Shown: positions 1-13,593 of the stretch, in pieces
Numbering within the stretch: the stretch's first letter is position 1
Layout of the letters: the number at the start of each line of letters is the position of its first letter
Origin: Paraphysomonas bandaiensis
Lineage: Eukaryota > Protista > Chrysophyceae
NCBI GenBank assembly: GCA_965644295.1
Contig: CBFFRP010000357.1
Coordinates: forward strand, 62,001-126,000
DNA: 64,000 nt
Direction: 5' to 3'
The notes under the pieces: model-generated
The model's input: the letters and a program-made list of their open reading frames with translations, nothing else
Told to the model about the DNA's origin: nothing
Databases searched by the model: none
Position numbers and translations under genes: made by a program

Positions 1-505
1 ACTTCTATATAAGAGAATCCATAAGAAGGTACTCCGCAGTTGCCGTTCAGGGCGAATGTCTTGTATCTTGTATCGATATTGCAAGTCATCTTCATTACCT
101 ATTATACGCATTTTATACGTATTTACCTGACAGCTCTATTTGTAGCACCACGAGTTTAAAGTCTTGCATGGTGTGAGTTTGGCGGCAGAATACACCCACC
201 CAATAGAGAGTCTACTCGGAAATATAATCCCTGTATTGGCAGGTCCACTGCTGCTGGGAAGCCATCTGTATACATTTTCCTTGTGGCTTTTCTTGAGGAT
301 GTGGAAAGCATGTGACGCACACTGTGGTTATGCATTTAAGTGGTCACCTTTCGGCTTGTGCTTTCCTCTAAATGCTGCAGTTCGACATGATTTTCATCAC
401 GAAACTGGGCTGGGGTCATATGGGTCTTTTTTCATTTTTTGGGACACACTATGTGGGACTGATGCTGATTATTTACAGAGACAAGCAAAGATTAAAGCTT
501 CATGA
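1..505 (+). CDS. Sterol C4-methyl oxidase (ERG25/SMO-like, fatty acid hydroxylase superfamily), copy 1, 5' part outside the window
   Basis: Exon end 1-28, GT-AG intron 29-145, exon 146-505. Splicing rebuilds YKRIHKKHHEF; AEYTHPIE, DAHCGY and HDFHH motifs follow. Same sequence as 6290-6794. Confidence 0.9.
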
Positions 506-966
506 TTTATGCAGTATGCCACAAAAAATAAATCTGTATTCCTGAATTGAAAGAGCAGACGGTAAATATACAAAATTACCTAATGTAAATTGAGTAACAA
601 CAGAAATATGGTCGGTATAAATATAAGAAGCACTGCTCTATTGATATGTTATTTACGATATTTTGATTTTTTCCATGTATGCAGTGGAGTTTCTAGCAGG
701 TAACTTCACATTAGCGATTAGCGCAAGTAATAGTACTAATTTGCAATGTTGAGTACTTATCGAAAGCTTAGAACAGTATGGCTTGTAGCTTGTAGTAATG
801 CAATACACTTTACAAAATTCAAGTAGTCGTTTCTATTCCATAACTATTGTTATTATTGAAAAAGGTGAGTTTCGTTTCATGTTGTCACATTTCTTTTTCG
901 TTAGAATGTCACCAGTCTCCAGTACAAATTTTTAGTACTGGTATGAAGTATTCGATCACTCTAAAA

Positions 967-2695
967 CAGGGATAGGGAACAATATATTGCAATATATTGT
1001 AAAATATATTGATTGGTGGACTGGTCAAATATTCCATCAATAGTGTTTCTGTTAATAGAGCTCACAATACTATTGCAATATATTGCAATCAATATTATGA
1101 TAGTCATATAAGAGAAGATCCTCAACTGTATGGTGCAAAATATACGCCTCTGTATACAAATATCCGGAAAATAAGAAAAAAAGCCTATTTTTGATGTTAT
1201 TTTCTATTTTTTATGTATCGCCAGCTCAAACAGCACTCTACACCTCTCCACATGTATGTACAGTACTTCTCTTAATATAGTATATATATCCTATAGTGAC
1301 AAGAAGAGACAACTGAATGATGAGTGCATACAAGAGTAGGGACATTTACCGCTGTTTTTGGAGTCCGGTCGAAGGTGTCCCGAACAAACACGAGTGTAAA
1401 ATCTGCGGACGTAAACGACAACAGAATATTCGGAATGGATACAACAATCTAAAGGATCACACTTTCTCTCATGATGTGTGGGAGGAGACATTGAAGAGGT
1501 ATTTACGGGCTGTCTGCACCAATGGTCCCATGGATGCTTTTGTTCTGCAGCCTTCAGACAAGGCGAAAACAATTTATGAGTGGGTGGAGTGGATTGTCGA
1601 GGAAAATCTTCCATTAAATTTCTGTGAGAAGAAATTAACTAGAAATAAGACTTCTTTGGGTAAGATAACTACAAAAACACTGAAAAAATATATGAGACTG
1701 TTGGAACTGAAGCTACGTGATATGATTAAAGATGCGTATAAAAGATCATGTATTAAAAATTGAAGACTTACCGCTTGCAGTTACTGATATGATTCCTACT
1801 CCTCGACAGAATACCGAAATAATCGCCCTTGTAGACGACCTGAGGAAGTTTGAAAGCGTCTCGAAATTGCTTCAAACTGGAGGATCAAGTCAAGTGAATC
1901 TTTATGAATGCCGGAACATATTTGATGGCTTATTGAGGGACTTTAGGCCAAAGTATCCACTATCTGCTTTACAGAAAAACAGTCCCATTGTTAATGATCC
2001 GAATTTCGAGAATGGAATTGCAAAACTCCAAGCAGGCGAAGAATTGGACTTGACAAGATCTGAGAAAGATGCTGTTAGAATATATCTCCGTTCAGACAGT
2101 GATTATTGCAACAATACAGAGGATGATGAAGCTGAAGTTGGCTATGCGGAAAAAATTCTTCAATCAGCTCAAAAACTTAAGAAGCGAAAAGTTGAAATAT
2201 CTAAGTACAGGTGCACGAGTCATGTAGTATGTACTTCCAATACGTGTGAACGCCTGTTCAGCGCAGCAAAACTGATTATATCAGTGTTGCGCAAACGTAT
2301 GCATCCTACTACACTTAATATGCTGTTGTTTCTGAAAGCTAACCGACAGTTGTGGCCGGATGCAAGCATATTTCAATCAATATTGAATGAATATGGTGAT
2401 GATGATGTCACCGATGATGGCTCAGAGGATGAGTATGAGGAAACTTTTAATTAGTTAAGAGTAGTGGGTTTGATTATCAAGTGACCTTAGACCTTATAAA
2501 ATATGGCAAGTACTAAAAATGAAAACTACGGATGTGTTTACTTACTGATTAGTCATACTAATATATTGCAATATATTGTACAATATATTGCAATATATTG
2601 CAATAGTATTGTAGGGCCGGTTTAAAAAATCCATCAATACTATTGATGGAACGCTACCTAACAATAGTATTGCAATATATTGTTCCCTATCCCTG
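967..2695 (+). mobile_element. hAT-superfamily DNA transposon, internally deleted (non-autonomous), copy 1
   Basis: TIRs cagggatagggaacaatatattgcaata / tattgcaatatattgttccctatccctg. 8-bp TSD ctctaaaa at 959-966 and 2696-2703. Subterminal CAATATATTG repeats. Empty site at 16422-16429. Confidence 0.95.
1317..2454 (+). pseudogene. hAT transposase remnant: BED zinc finger (1317-1763) joined out of frame to the C-terminal dimerisation region (1732-2454)
   Basis: ORF1 has CKIC...NLKDHTFSH (BED-like). ORF2 has TSNTCERLFS...LRKRMHPTTLNMLLFLKAN (hAT C-terminus). The central catalytic region is missing. Confidence 0.85.
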
Positions 2696-2835
2696 CTCTA
2701 AAAGTCAAATAACATTTTCCTAGCTAAAAATAACATTGTTCTATATACGCGATCTGGATTTTTGTCCTGCACCATTACTTTGGCCATCACATTCACGATG
2801 ACATCTAAAACACGAGGTTACATAAAAAATACTCT

Positions 2836-3026
2836 CTAGTTCAACCATTTTGGTTTCGACTGGTCAGGGGATCTCTTTTTAACTTTTTGTTGCATTGCAG
2901 CTCCTGACTTAAAGCAGGATTTTGAACCGTTCGTTCTACTGTTTGGAACAGCAAAATTGTTGCTCGCTGGTAATGTAGCGGCACTTGTCTTGCCACTTGC
3001 TGACCTATCCACTGATCTATCCAATG
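2836..3026 (-). pseudogene. Truncated 3' end of the NT-C2 gene (duplicate of 16562-16752)
   Basis: Identical to the end of ORF 16562..17212 (LDRSVDRSASGK...SKPKWLN). Identity stops at ...ctatccaatg (3026). Confidence 0.9.
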
Positions 3027-4367
3027 GGTATTGCACTGCCACATGTCGTAGGAACGTTGGTACGAAGCCTAAACCCTACGTTATGCTGGGAAATCAATCT
3101 TTTTTCGATGATTGCACATTTAAAGAGATTCAAAAACCCTGCAGGGAGTTCTGTCGCAGTGATAACACGATCGCCCGCGGGCCGTCATTGAAGTGTCTTA
3201 ACACAGTGTGGTCGGAGTGTGACCATCATTGCAAGCAGACTCGCATGGTCGCCACAGGAAACGAGAAGAAATGTAAGATGAAGAAGGAAGTACGATCTTG
3301 CACCACCGACAACTGTCCAAAGAACTTGGAGGACTTTTTTGTGCTAGCGGACTTGAAATTTTGGTTTCCACCTGTAGTGCCACCTGGCAAATGGGACAAG
3401 ATATATGAGGAGGATCTATTCACTGCTCTATCAAAAATTCTGGAGGTACGTTATGTTGCGATGATTACGTACTTGTTTCGAATTGTTGTATTTGCTGGGT
3501 TAGTGTTATATCTTTGCAAATGTGCATCGTGAGATTAGATTGCAACATCGTCAATGCGTGCTGCAGTTGTTCTTATTTATCATTAGGTGCCTGTCGGCAA
3601 TATGGACTTGTTAGTGGATATGGAGGCTGATAGCAGTGATAGCTCATTTCGTCGACTTTCTTATAAGCGGTTCGTAAAACTCCAGCTTCAGGTCTTCATA
3701 TCACGCGCGGCATATCCCCGCGTGGAGTACTTCAACAACCAAGTGCAATACGTTTTGGATATTTTGAATCTACCCAGTCTTAAATTCGGTGAGCTGGTTA
3801 TGCCAATATTGAATGAAATTTGTGCAGAGCGTGACGGAGGTCGTGTTATCCGTTATGCAGCTTTGTTTCCCGAGGATATAGTGGTTCAACGAGCAGTGGC
3901 GCTCCCTATGAGTAATCAACGCGATCCTTTCAACATTCCTAATGCCGTACCGTCCGCAACTACCACTTCTGATTCTGCCGGAGGACTGTCGATGAACGAA
4001 TACTTTCTTATCGGTATTGCTCTAGGCGCTGTGGTGATAATGATTGTAGTATTGGTGATGTACTACCGCCTAAAACTGGAGCATGCTGCACTGGCAAAAG
4101 ACAAGTCCATATCTGGTGGGACATCTATGGTGCAGATGTGGAACAGGTGAGTGCATGTGTGTATGCCCATCATGTTAAGAATACTAGTGTTGTGTTTTTT
4201 ATGTTTAAACTCCTGTCCACAGGCTTAAAGCAGCAGACAGTCGACGTACCACACGGGCCAATCCTCAGATGTTTCCCTCTGCCGATGCTGGCAGTAGTCG
4301 TGGGCTAATGGCCGCCGCAAATGACGATAGTGACGACGAAAATGACAGTGAGTTTGGTCTCAAATAG
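3027..4367 (+). pseudogene. 5'-truncated 3' half of a type I membrane protein gene with Cys-rich, thrombospondin-1-like repeats
   Basis: Exons 3027-3445, 3587-4146 and 4223-4367 splice in frame via GT-AG introns. WSECDHHCKQTR...RSC motif, single TM (YFLIGIALGAVVIMIVVLVMYY), acidic tail. Starts abruptly at the duplication junction. Confidence 0.75.
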
Positions 4368-5572
4368 GACAGCTTCTTACGCAAATGTAATTGTGTGTTT
4401 TGCGCAAAAACTTCGCTGCGTGTTCAATCAGTAGGTGTGGCGTAGTAATATTAGATTTGAGTTTAATCAGAGAAGTATTTCCATTGAATAATAATTGTTT
4501 ATTGCTAGTACAGAAGTTTGTACAGAAGGAGACAGGTCTTCTGGTATGCTTTGTACTTTATACTTTATACATCTCAATAATACTTAGAAATTATATAGAT
4601 GTGCATAATATAAAAGTAGGTGATAGGTGAACATTGTTTTCCTTAAGATACACAATTCACGAAAGTATTCAGCATGATAAGCTACTAGAATCTAAAATAT
4701 TAATTATAGACAGGATATATTAAGTGTTAGGTCACTAGGATTGTACTATCTTCAGCAGTACAATAACCCGAAACACACAGCAAAAACGTGAAGTGGGTAG
4801 AGGATAACGTAGTCACGCCGCTAGATCTCCCTTCTCAATCTCCCGATTAGAATCTTATACATTCTTCTATATACCTGAGCAATGTTGCATTGGTTTGACC
4901 TCAATGATGTAATGTTTTGCTAGAAATATGCATAATTGCTTTATAAGTTCTTTACTAAAAGTTGACTAATTCAAATCATTTTTAATTTAGTCTAAACCAA
5001 GTCTATTTCAACTGCATTGACTGGATTCAAATTAATATCCATTTCTCGCTTAACTTCATACATTGCAACTACATTGACCCTTCACATTCGAAATGTGTTC
5101 CTAATTATAATGTATGTCTTATGTTACCAGGAAGAGTTGCCCATTTAATATATTTGATATTTCCATGCTAGGATGAGAGTGTTTCACTTATCTCTAAGAG
5201 ACTATTCTCCTTTGAAGCAATGGTTAAACAGGGTGGTGTTCCAGAGGCCTGGAGCACTGTAGAGCATATGATGTAGTTGACACATGCCTGTGTCAGTACA
5301 CCCTCTATCACAAGCTTATCATATCATCACATCATCATAAGCTTATGATGCAGCAGAGAGACAGCACGCTTGAAGCCTGTGTGTCCTCTAGAGTATCCAA
5401 GTGGGTTTTCAATGACCTCTTCCGCTTCATTTGAAGGGTGTTCAAACCATCTTGGTGTGTCTGTGTGTCGCTTACTTATATCACTCATAGCAGTGTATGA
5501 CCTTACAAAAGATACATACACACCAACTATCGTACCGTATCCTACCACTCATCAGAAAAACAATAGGGTTTT

Positions 5573-5833
5573 ATACATACATACATACATACATACATAC
5601 ATACATACATACATACATACATACATACATACATACATACATACATACATACATACATACATACATACATACATACATACATACATACATACATACATAC
5701 ATACATACATACATACATACATACATACATACATACATACATACATACATACATACATACATACATACATACATACATACATACATACATACATACATAC
5801 ATACATACATACATACATACATACATACATACA
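5573..5833. repeat. (TACA)n microsatellite, ~260 bp, just upstream of sterol oxidase copy 2
   Basis: Perfect tetranucleotide array read directly from the sequence. Confidence 0.99.
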
Positions 5834-5867
5834 GTACATATGATATGGATATGTATGTATAGCACTC

Positions 5868-6794
5868 ATGGTTGTTCATATTATATCTACAATGTCGGCA
5901 TCTCTCTATCAAACTATATATACATCTTTCCAATCAAATCCTCAACTCTTCTTCACTCTTTGTGTATGTGTCAGTCACACTCTGCCTGTATTACTGCATC
6001 AGTTGTTCCTCTCGTTCATAAGATACTTCCATCTGTTCAATGAGTGTGCTATCCAGCCAGGAAAGAGTCCTTCATATGCATTAGTCTCTCAATGTATAAT
6101 CAATTCTATTTTAAATCATTTTATTGTCATTCCAATCTTCATATGGCTGACATATCCGTTACTGTCTGATGTCCTTCTCATGTCACCAGAAACACTCCCG
6201 AATACATCAACAATCATATGGCACTTAATAGTTTGTATGCTACTGGAAGATTTCACGTTTTATTGGTCTCATAGGACACTGCACCATCCACTTCTATATA
6301 AGAGAATCCATAAGAAGGTACTCCGCAGTTGCCGTTCAGGGCGAATGTCTTGTATCTTGTATCGATATTGCAAGTCATCTTCATTACCTATTATACGCAT
6401 TTTATACGTATTTACCTGACAGCTCTATTTGTAGCACCACGAGTTTAAAGTCTTGCATGGTGTGAGTTTGGCGGCAGAATACACCCACCCAATAGAGAGT
6501 CTACTCGGAAATATAATCCCTGTATTGGCAGGTCCACTGCTGCTGGGAAGCCATCTGTATACATTTTCCTTGTGGCTTTTCTTGAGGATGTGGAAAGCAT
6601 GTGACGCACACTGTGGTTATGCATTTAAGTGGTCACCTTTCGGCTTGTGCTTTCCTCTAAATGCTGCAGTTCGACATGATTTTCATCACGAAACTGGGCT
6701 GGGGTCATATGGGTCTTTTTTCATTTTTTGGGACACACTATGTGGGACTGATGCTGATTATTTACAGAGACAAGCAAAGATTAAAGCTTCATGA
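5868..6794 (+). CDS. Sterol C4-methyl oxidase (ERG25/SMO-like), copy 2, complete, 2 exons
   Basis: Exons 5868-6317 and 6435-6794, intron 6318-6434. His boxes WSHRTLH, HKKHH and HDFHH, plus AEYTHPIE and DAHCGYAFKWSP. The start could instead be the ATG at 5892. Confidence 0.9.
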
Positions 6795-7255
6795 TTTATG
6801 CAGTATGCCACAAAAAATAAATCTGTATTCCTGAATTGAAAGAGCAGACGGTAAATATACAAAATTACCTAATGTAAATTGAGTAACAACAGAAATATGG
6901 TCGGTATAAATATAAGAAGCACTGCTCTATTGATATGTTATTTACGATATTTTGATTTTTTCCATGTATGCAGTGGAGTTTCTAGCAGGTAACTTCACAT
7001 TAGCGATTAGCGCAAGTAATAGTACTAATTTGCAATGTTGAGTACTTATCGAAAGCTTAGAACAGTATGGCTTGTAGCTTGTAGTAATGCAATACACTTT
7101 ACAAAATTCAAGTAGTCGTTTCTATTCCATAACTATTGTTATTATTGAAAAAGGTGAGTTTCGTTTCATGTTGTCACATTTCTTTTTCGTTAGAATGTCA
7201 CCAGTCTCCAGTACAAATTTTTAGTACTGGTATGAAGTATTCGATCACTCTAAAA

Positions 7256-8989
7256 CAGGGATAGGGAACAATATATTGTATTGCAATATATTGTAAAATA
7301 TATTGATTGGTGGACTGGTCAAATATTCCATCAATAGTGTTTCTGTTAATAGAGCTCACAATACTATTGCAATATATTGCAATCAATATTATGATAGTCA
7401 TATAAGAGAAGATCCTCAACTGTATGGTGCAAAATATACGCCTCTGTATACAAATATCCGGAAAATAAGAAAAAAAGCCTATTTTTGATGTTATTTTCTA
7501 TTTTTTATGTATCGCCAGCTCAAACAGCACTCTACACCTCTCCACATGTATGTACAGTACTTCTCTTAATATAGTATATATATCCTATAGTGACAAGAAG
7601 AGACAACTGAATGATGAGTGCATACAAGAGTAGGGACATTTACCGCTGTTTTTGGAGTCCGGTCGAAGGTGTCCCGAACAAACACGAGTGTAAAATCTGC
7701 GGACGTAAACGACAACAGAATATTCGGAATGGATACAACAATCTAAAGGATCACACTTTCTCTCATGATGTGTGGGAGGAGACATTGAAGAGGTATTTAC
7801 GGGCTGTCTGCACCAATGGTCCCATGGATGCTTTTGTTCTGCAGCCTTCAGACAAGGCGAAAACAATTTATGAGTGGGTGGAGTGGATTGTCGAGGAAAA
7901 TCTTCCATTAAATTTCTGTGAGAAGAAATTAACTAGAAATAAGACTTCTTTGGGTAAGATAACTACAAAAACACTGAAAAAATATATGAGACTGTTGGAA
8001 CTGAAGCTACGTGATATGATTAAAGATGCGTATAAAAGATCATGTATTAAAAATTGAAGACTTACCGCTTGCAGTTACTGATATGATTCCTACTCCTCGA
8101 CAGAATACCGAAATAATCGCCCTTGTAGACGACCTGAGGAAGTTTGAAAGCGTCTCGAAATTGCTTCAAACTGGAGGATCAAGTCAAGTGAATCTTTATG
8201 AATGCCGGAACATATTTGATGGCTTATTGAGGGACTTTAGGCCAAAGTATCCACTATCTGCTTTACAGAAAAACAGTCCCATTGTTAATGATCCGAATTT
8301 CGAGAATGGAATTGCAAAACTCCAAGCAGGCGAAGAATTGGACTTGACAAGATCTGAGAAAGATGCTGTTAGAATATATCTCCGTTCAGACAGTGATTAT
8401 TGCAACAATACAGAGGATGATGAAGCTGAAGTTGGCTATGCGGAAAAAATTCTTCAATCAGCTCAAAAACTTAAGAAGCGAAAAGTTGAAATATCTAAGT
8501 ACAGGTGCACGAGTCATGTAGTATGTACTTCCAATACGTGTGAACGCCTGTTCAGCGCAGCAAAACTGATTATATCAGTGTTGCGCAAACGTATGCATCC
8601 TACTACACTTAATATGCTGTTGTTTCTGAAAGCTAACCGACAGTTGTGGCCGGATGCAAGCATATTTCAATCAATATTGAATGAATATGGTGATGATGAT
8701 GTCACCGATGATGGCTCAGAGGATGAGTATGAGGAAACTTTTAATTAGTTAAGAGTAGTGGGTTTGATTATCAAGTGACCTTAGACCTTATAAAATATGG
8801 CAAGTACTAAAAATGAAAACTACGGATGTGTTTACTTACTGATTAGTCATACTAATATATTGCAATATATTGTACAATATATTGCAATATATTGCAATAG
8901 TATTGTAGGGCCGGTTTAAAAAATCCATCAATACTATTGATGGAACGCTACCTAACAATAGTATTGCAATATATTGTTCCCTATCCCTG
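7256..8989 (+). mobile_element. hAT DNA transposon, internally deleted, copy 2
   Basis: Same TIRs; TSD ctctaaaa at 7248-7255 and 8990-8997. Has a 5-bp insertion in the left terminal region. ORFs 7611-8057 and 8026-8748 translate identically to copy 1. Confidence 0.95.
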
Positions 8990-9129
8990 CTCTAAAAGTC
9001 AAATAACATTTTCCTAGCTAAAAATAACATTGTTCTATATACGCGATCTGGATTTTTGTCCTGCACCATTACTTTGGCCATCACATTCACGATGACATCT
9101 AAAACACGAGGTTACATAAAAAATACTCT

Positions 9130-9320
9130 CTAGTTCAACCATTTTGGTTTCGACTGGTCAGGGGATCTCTTTTTAACTTTTTGTTGCATTGCAGCTCCTG
9201 ACTTAAAGCAGGATTTTGAACCGTTCGTTCTACTGTTTGGAACAGCAAAATTGTTGCTCGCTGGTAATGTAGCGGCACTTGTCTTGCCACTTGCTGACCT
9301 ATCCACTGATCTATCCAATG
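9130..9320 (-). pseudogene. Truncated 3' end of the NT-C2 gene, second duplicate
   Basis: Same sequence as 2836-3026 and 16562-16752. Confidence 0.9.
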
Positions 9321-10650
9321 GGTATTGCACTGCCACATGTCGTAGGAACGTTGGTACGAAGCCTAAACCCTACGTTATGCTGGGAAATCAATCTTTTTTC
9401 GATGATTGCACATTTAAAGAGATTCAAAAACCCTGCAGGGAGTTCTGTCGCAGTGATAACACGATCGCCCGCGGGCCGTCATTGAAGTGTCTTAACACAG
9501 TGTGGTCGGAGTGTGACCATCATTGCAAGCAGACTCGCATGGTCGCCACAGGAAACGAGAAGAAATGTAAGATGAAGAAGGAAGTACGATCTTGCACCAC
9601 CGACAACTGTCCAAAGAACTTGGAGGACTTTTTTGTGCTAGCGGACTTGAAATTTTGGTTTCCACCTGTAGTGCCACCTGGCAAATGGGACAAGATATAT
9701 GAGGAGGATCTATTCACTGCTCTATCAAAAATTCTGGAGGTACGTTATGTTGCGATGATTACGTACTTGTTTCGAATTGTTGTATTTGCTGGGTTAGTGT
9801 TATATCTTTGCAAATGTGCATCGTGAGATTAGATTGCAACATCGTCAATGCGTGCTGCAGTTGTTCTTATTTATCATTAGGTGCCTGTCGGCAATATGGA
9901 CTTGTTAGTGGATATGGAGGCTGATAGCAGTGATAGCTCATTTCGTCGACTTTCTTATAAGCGGTTCGTAAAACTCCAGCTTCAGGTCTTCATATCACGC
10001 GCGGCATATCCCCGCGTGGAGTACTTCAACAACCAAGTGCAATACGTTTTGGATATTTTGAATCTACCCAGTCTTAAATTCGGTGAGCTGGTTATGCCAA
10101 TATTGAATGAAATTTGTGCAGAGCGTGACGGAGGTCGTGTTATCCGTTATGCAGCTTTGTTTCCCGAGGATATAGTGGTTCAACGAGCAGTGGCGCTCCC
10201 TATGAGTAATCAACGCGATCCTTTCAACATTCCTAATGCCGTACCGTCCGCAACTACCACTTCTGATTCTGCCGGAGGACTGTCGATGAACGAATACTTT
10301 CTTATCGGTATTGCTCTAGGCGCTGTGGTGATAATGATTGTAGTATTGGTGATGTACTACCGCCTAAAACTGGAGCATGCTGCACTGGCAAAAGACAAGT
10401 CCATATCTGGTGGGACATCTATGGTGCAGATGTGGAACAGGTGAGTGCATGTGTGTGTTAAGAATACTAGTGTTGTGTTTTTTATGTTTAAACTCCTGTC
10501 CACAGGCTTAAAGCAGCAGACAGTCGACGTACCACACGGGCCAATCCTCAGATGTTTCCCTCTGCCGATGCTGGCAGTAGTCGTGGGCTAATGGCCGCCG
10601 CAAATGACGATAGTGACGACGAAAATGACAGTGAGTTTGGTCTCAAATAG
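9321..10650 (+). pseudogene. 5'-truncated TSP1-like type I membrane protein gene fragment, second copy
   Basis: Same exons as 3027-4367. The last intron is 11 bp shorter. Confidence 0.75.
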
Positions 10651-11855
10651 GACAGCTTCTTACGCAAATGTAATTGTGTGTTTTGCGCAAAAACTTCGCT
10701 GCGTGTTCAATCAGTAGGTGTGGCGTAGTAATATTAGATTTGAGTTTAATCAGAGAAGTATTTCCATTGAATAATAATTGTTTATTGCTAGTACAGAAGT
10801 TTGTACAGAAGGAGACAGGTCTTCTGGTATGCTTTGTACTTTATACTTTATACATCTCAATAATACTTAGAAATTATATAGATGTGCAAAATATAAAAGT
10901 AGGTGATAGGTGAACATTGTTTTCCTTAAGATACACAATTCACGAAAGTATTCAGCATGATAAGCTACTAGAATCTAAAATATTAATTATAGACAGGATA
11001 TATTAAGTGTTAGGTCACTAGGATTGTACTATCTTCAGCAGTACAATAACCCGAAACACACAGCAAAAACGTGAAGTGGGTAGAGGATAACGTAGTCACG
11101 CCGCTAGATCTCCCTTCTCAATCTCCCGATTAGAATCTTATACATTCTTCTATATACCTGAGCAATGTTGCATTGGTTTGACCTCAATGATGTAATGTTT
11201 TGCTAGAAATATGCATAATTGCTTTATAAGTTCTTTACTAAAAGTTGACTAATTCAAATCATTTTTAATTTAGTCTAAACCAAGTCTATTTCAACTGCAT
11301 TGACTGGATTCAAATTAATATCCATTTCTCGCTTAACTTCATACATTGCAACTACATTGACCCTTCACATTCGAAATGTGTTCCTAATTATAATGTATGT
11401 CTTATGTTACCAGGAAGAGTTGCCCATTTAATATATTTGATATTTCCATGCTAGGATGAGAGTGTTTCACTTATCTCTAAGAGACTATTCTCCTTTGAAG
11501 CAATGGTTAAACAGGGTGGTGTTCCAGAGGCCTGGAGCACTGTAGAGCATATGATGTAGTTGACACATGCCTGTGTCAGTACACCCTCTATCACAAGCTT
11601 ATCATATCATCACATCATCATAAGCTTATGATGCAGCAGAGAGACAGCACGCTTGAAGCCTGTGTGTCCTCTAGAGTATCCAAGTGGGTTTTCAATGACC
11701 TCTTCCGCTTCATTTGAAGGGTGTTCAAACCATCTTGGTGTGTCTGTGTGTCGCTTACTTATATCACTCATAGCAGTGTATGACCTTACAAAAGATACAT
11801 ACACACCAACTATCGTACCGTATCCTACCACTCATCAGAAAAACAATAGGGTTTT

Positions 11856-12228
11856 ATACATACATACATACATACATACATACATACATACATACATACA
11901 TACATACATACATACATACATACATACATACATACATACATACATACATACATACATACATACATACATACATACATACATACATACATACATACATACA
12001 TACATACATACATACATACATACATACATACATACATACATACATACATACATACATACATACATACATACATACATACATACATACATACATACATACA
12101 TACATACATACATACATACATACATACATACATACATACATACATACATACATACATACATACATACATACATACATACATACATACATACATACATACA
12201 TACATACATACATACATACATACATACA

Positions 12229-12258
<30 letters not shown>
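11856..12258. repeat. (TACA)n microsatellite, ~400 bp, interrupted by a transposon (remainder at 14983-15008)
   Basis: Perfect array. Its left and right flanks match the flanks of the 5573-5833 array. Confidence 0.99.
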
Positions 12259-12263
<5 letters not shown>

Positions 12264-12517
12264 GTTACGACCCGTGAGAAAAATGTGCCAGTCGATGAAC
12301 TGGCAGTGCCAGTTCATCGACTTGGTGGGTTTTTGAGTGATAGTCAAAAACTGCCAGAAAGTGAACCCGTCAGTGAAGTGGCTTATCCAGCCGTGTTTTT
12401 TTTCATTCCACCCACATACCATCGTAAGATATCGCTCGTAGTTGATGATTATCGCTCAATGCAACAGCATGATAGTAATATAAGTGCTACATATATCGTT
12501 GTATCAAACAAGAAGGA

Positions 12518-13593
12518 ATGACATCGGTGGTTAAAACTGTCTCATCAGGGAGCACTGTACGACCAGAAGTTGCATCGTCAGTAGACGACAACACTAGATC
12601 TATCACTGATTCCATTAAAATTGAAGAACACAAACGACTGTTCTATCTGAATGCACAAAACGCTTTCGCAAATTCAATTAAAATTTTCTCTCAGTCGAAA
12701 TACCTTGAGATCGTCGAGTCGATGAAATCATTTGACTCCAAGCCTCATAGGAACCGCTCCTGTCTAGACTACCGATGGCGGAGGTCATATATTCTGCTGC
12801 TGGTTCCTGATGATAAAGGTGAAAAAGTAATTTTGATCCGAAGGAAAGATCACAGCGATGAAACTCAAGTGAAGGGAATGAGACGACTTGCTTATATTGA
12901 CACTATTCGGTATTGCCATGTTGAAGAGGGAGGTCATCCTGGACCTAGGGGAACCCACGAGGCTGTTTGGACAACATTCTAGAAGAGGTTTTAGTCACCT
13001 ACCATTCTCAGAAACGTTTCTAGCCAAAATCCAAACAGAAGAGGATCTAGAAGAGCTTGTAGCTATGAATAATGTTATCGAGGGCCATGAACCAGAGAAA
13101 TGTACAGTTGTGGCTTCAGCGAATGAGTCTGTAAGCAGTGAGTGCCTCACTAGCTGAACAAGGCGAAAGGATGAAAAGATTTTCCACGTCTGGCACTCCA
13201 ACCGATGAGGCGGAACTCCTACAGGTGGGTAGTGTTGTTTTAGTCAAACCACATCAGGTGGACCGAGGACAAGTTGATGAAATTAGGTTTCCAGCTGTTG
13301 TTGTTGAGGTTACCCCCAATGAATTACTTCGTCTGTACGCTCCCGGGGGAGTTTTAAACTCGTGTTATAACCGATCAGATCTGATTCACGAGCCGAATAA
13401 GACCCCTGCTTCATACCAACGTCATCTTGGAAACTATGAGAACTGGAGAAATTCGAAGACTATATCAGAGAGAGAAGCTGCAACTATGCTTTCTCCATCC
13501 CTTGGACAGGGGTTTAGTAATTGTAGTTGCAAGGGTAAGTGCAACAGTAGTAAATGTGTGTGCAAGAAGAATGGATTGCATGAATCTTATTAG
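12518..13593 (+). pseudogene. Fragmented integrase-type transposase (KRBA2-like)
   Basis: Half of the HHCC zinc motif (IRYCHVEEGGHPG), then QGERMKR...VGSVVLV...VDRG...AVVVEV...GVLN and the C-terminal GQGFSNCSCKGKCNSSKCVCKKNG Cys cluster. Split over three ORFs with no DDE core visible. Confidence 0.75.

Larger units (their letters stand above)
3027..9320. repeat. Complete 6294-bp tandem segmental duplication unit (unit 2). Unit 1 partial = 1-3026; unit 3 = 9321-16752
   Basis: Constant offset of 6283-6294 between copies, near-identical sequence, and the same junction ccaatg|ggtattgc at 3026/3027 and 9320/9321. Confidence 0.95.

Noticed and set aside
2560-2690. CAATATATTG repeats as a CRISPR-like array
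   Set aside because: Short palindromes without regular unique spacers, mirrored at the other hAT end. They are subterminal repeats.
4780-5548. Possible minus-strand gene divergent from the sterol oxidase (ORF 5327-5548)
   Set aside because: The position fits the array pattern, but I could not build a convincing spliced ORF or recognise a protein. Left uncalled.
5370-5933. Long YIHT/MYVC ORFs here and at 11.6-12.4, 37.7-38.2, 45.5-46.3, 50.6-51.1 and 60.2-60.7 kb
   Set aside because: (TACA)n has no stop codon in any frame, so these are translation artefacts.
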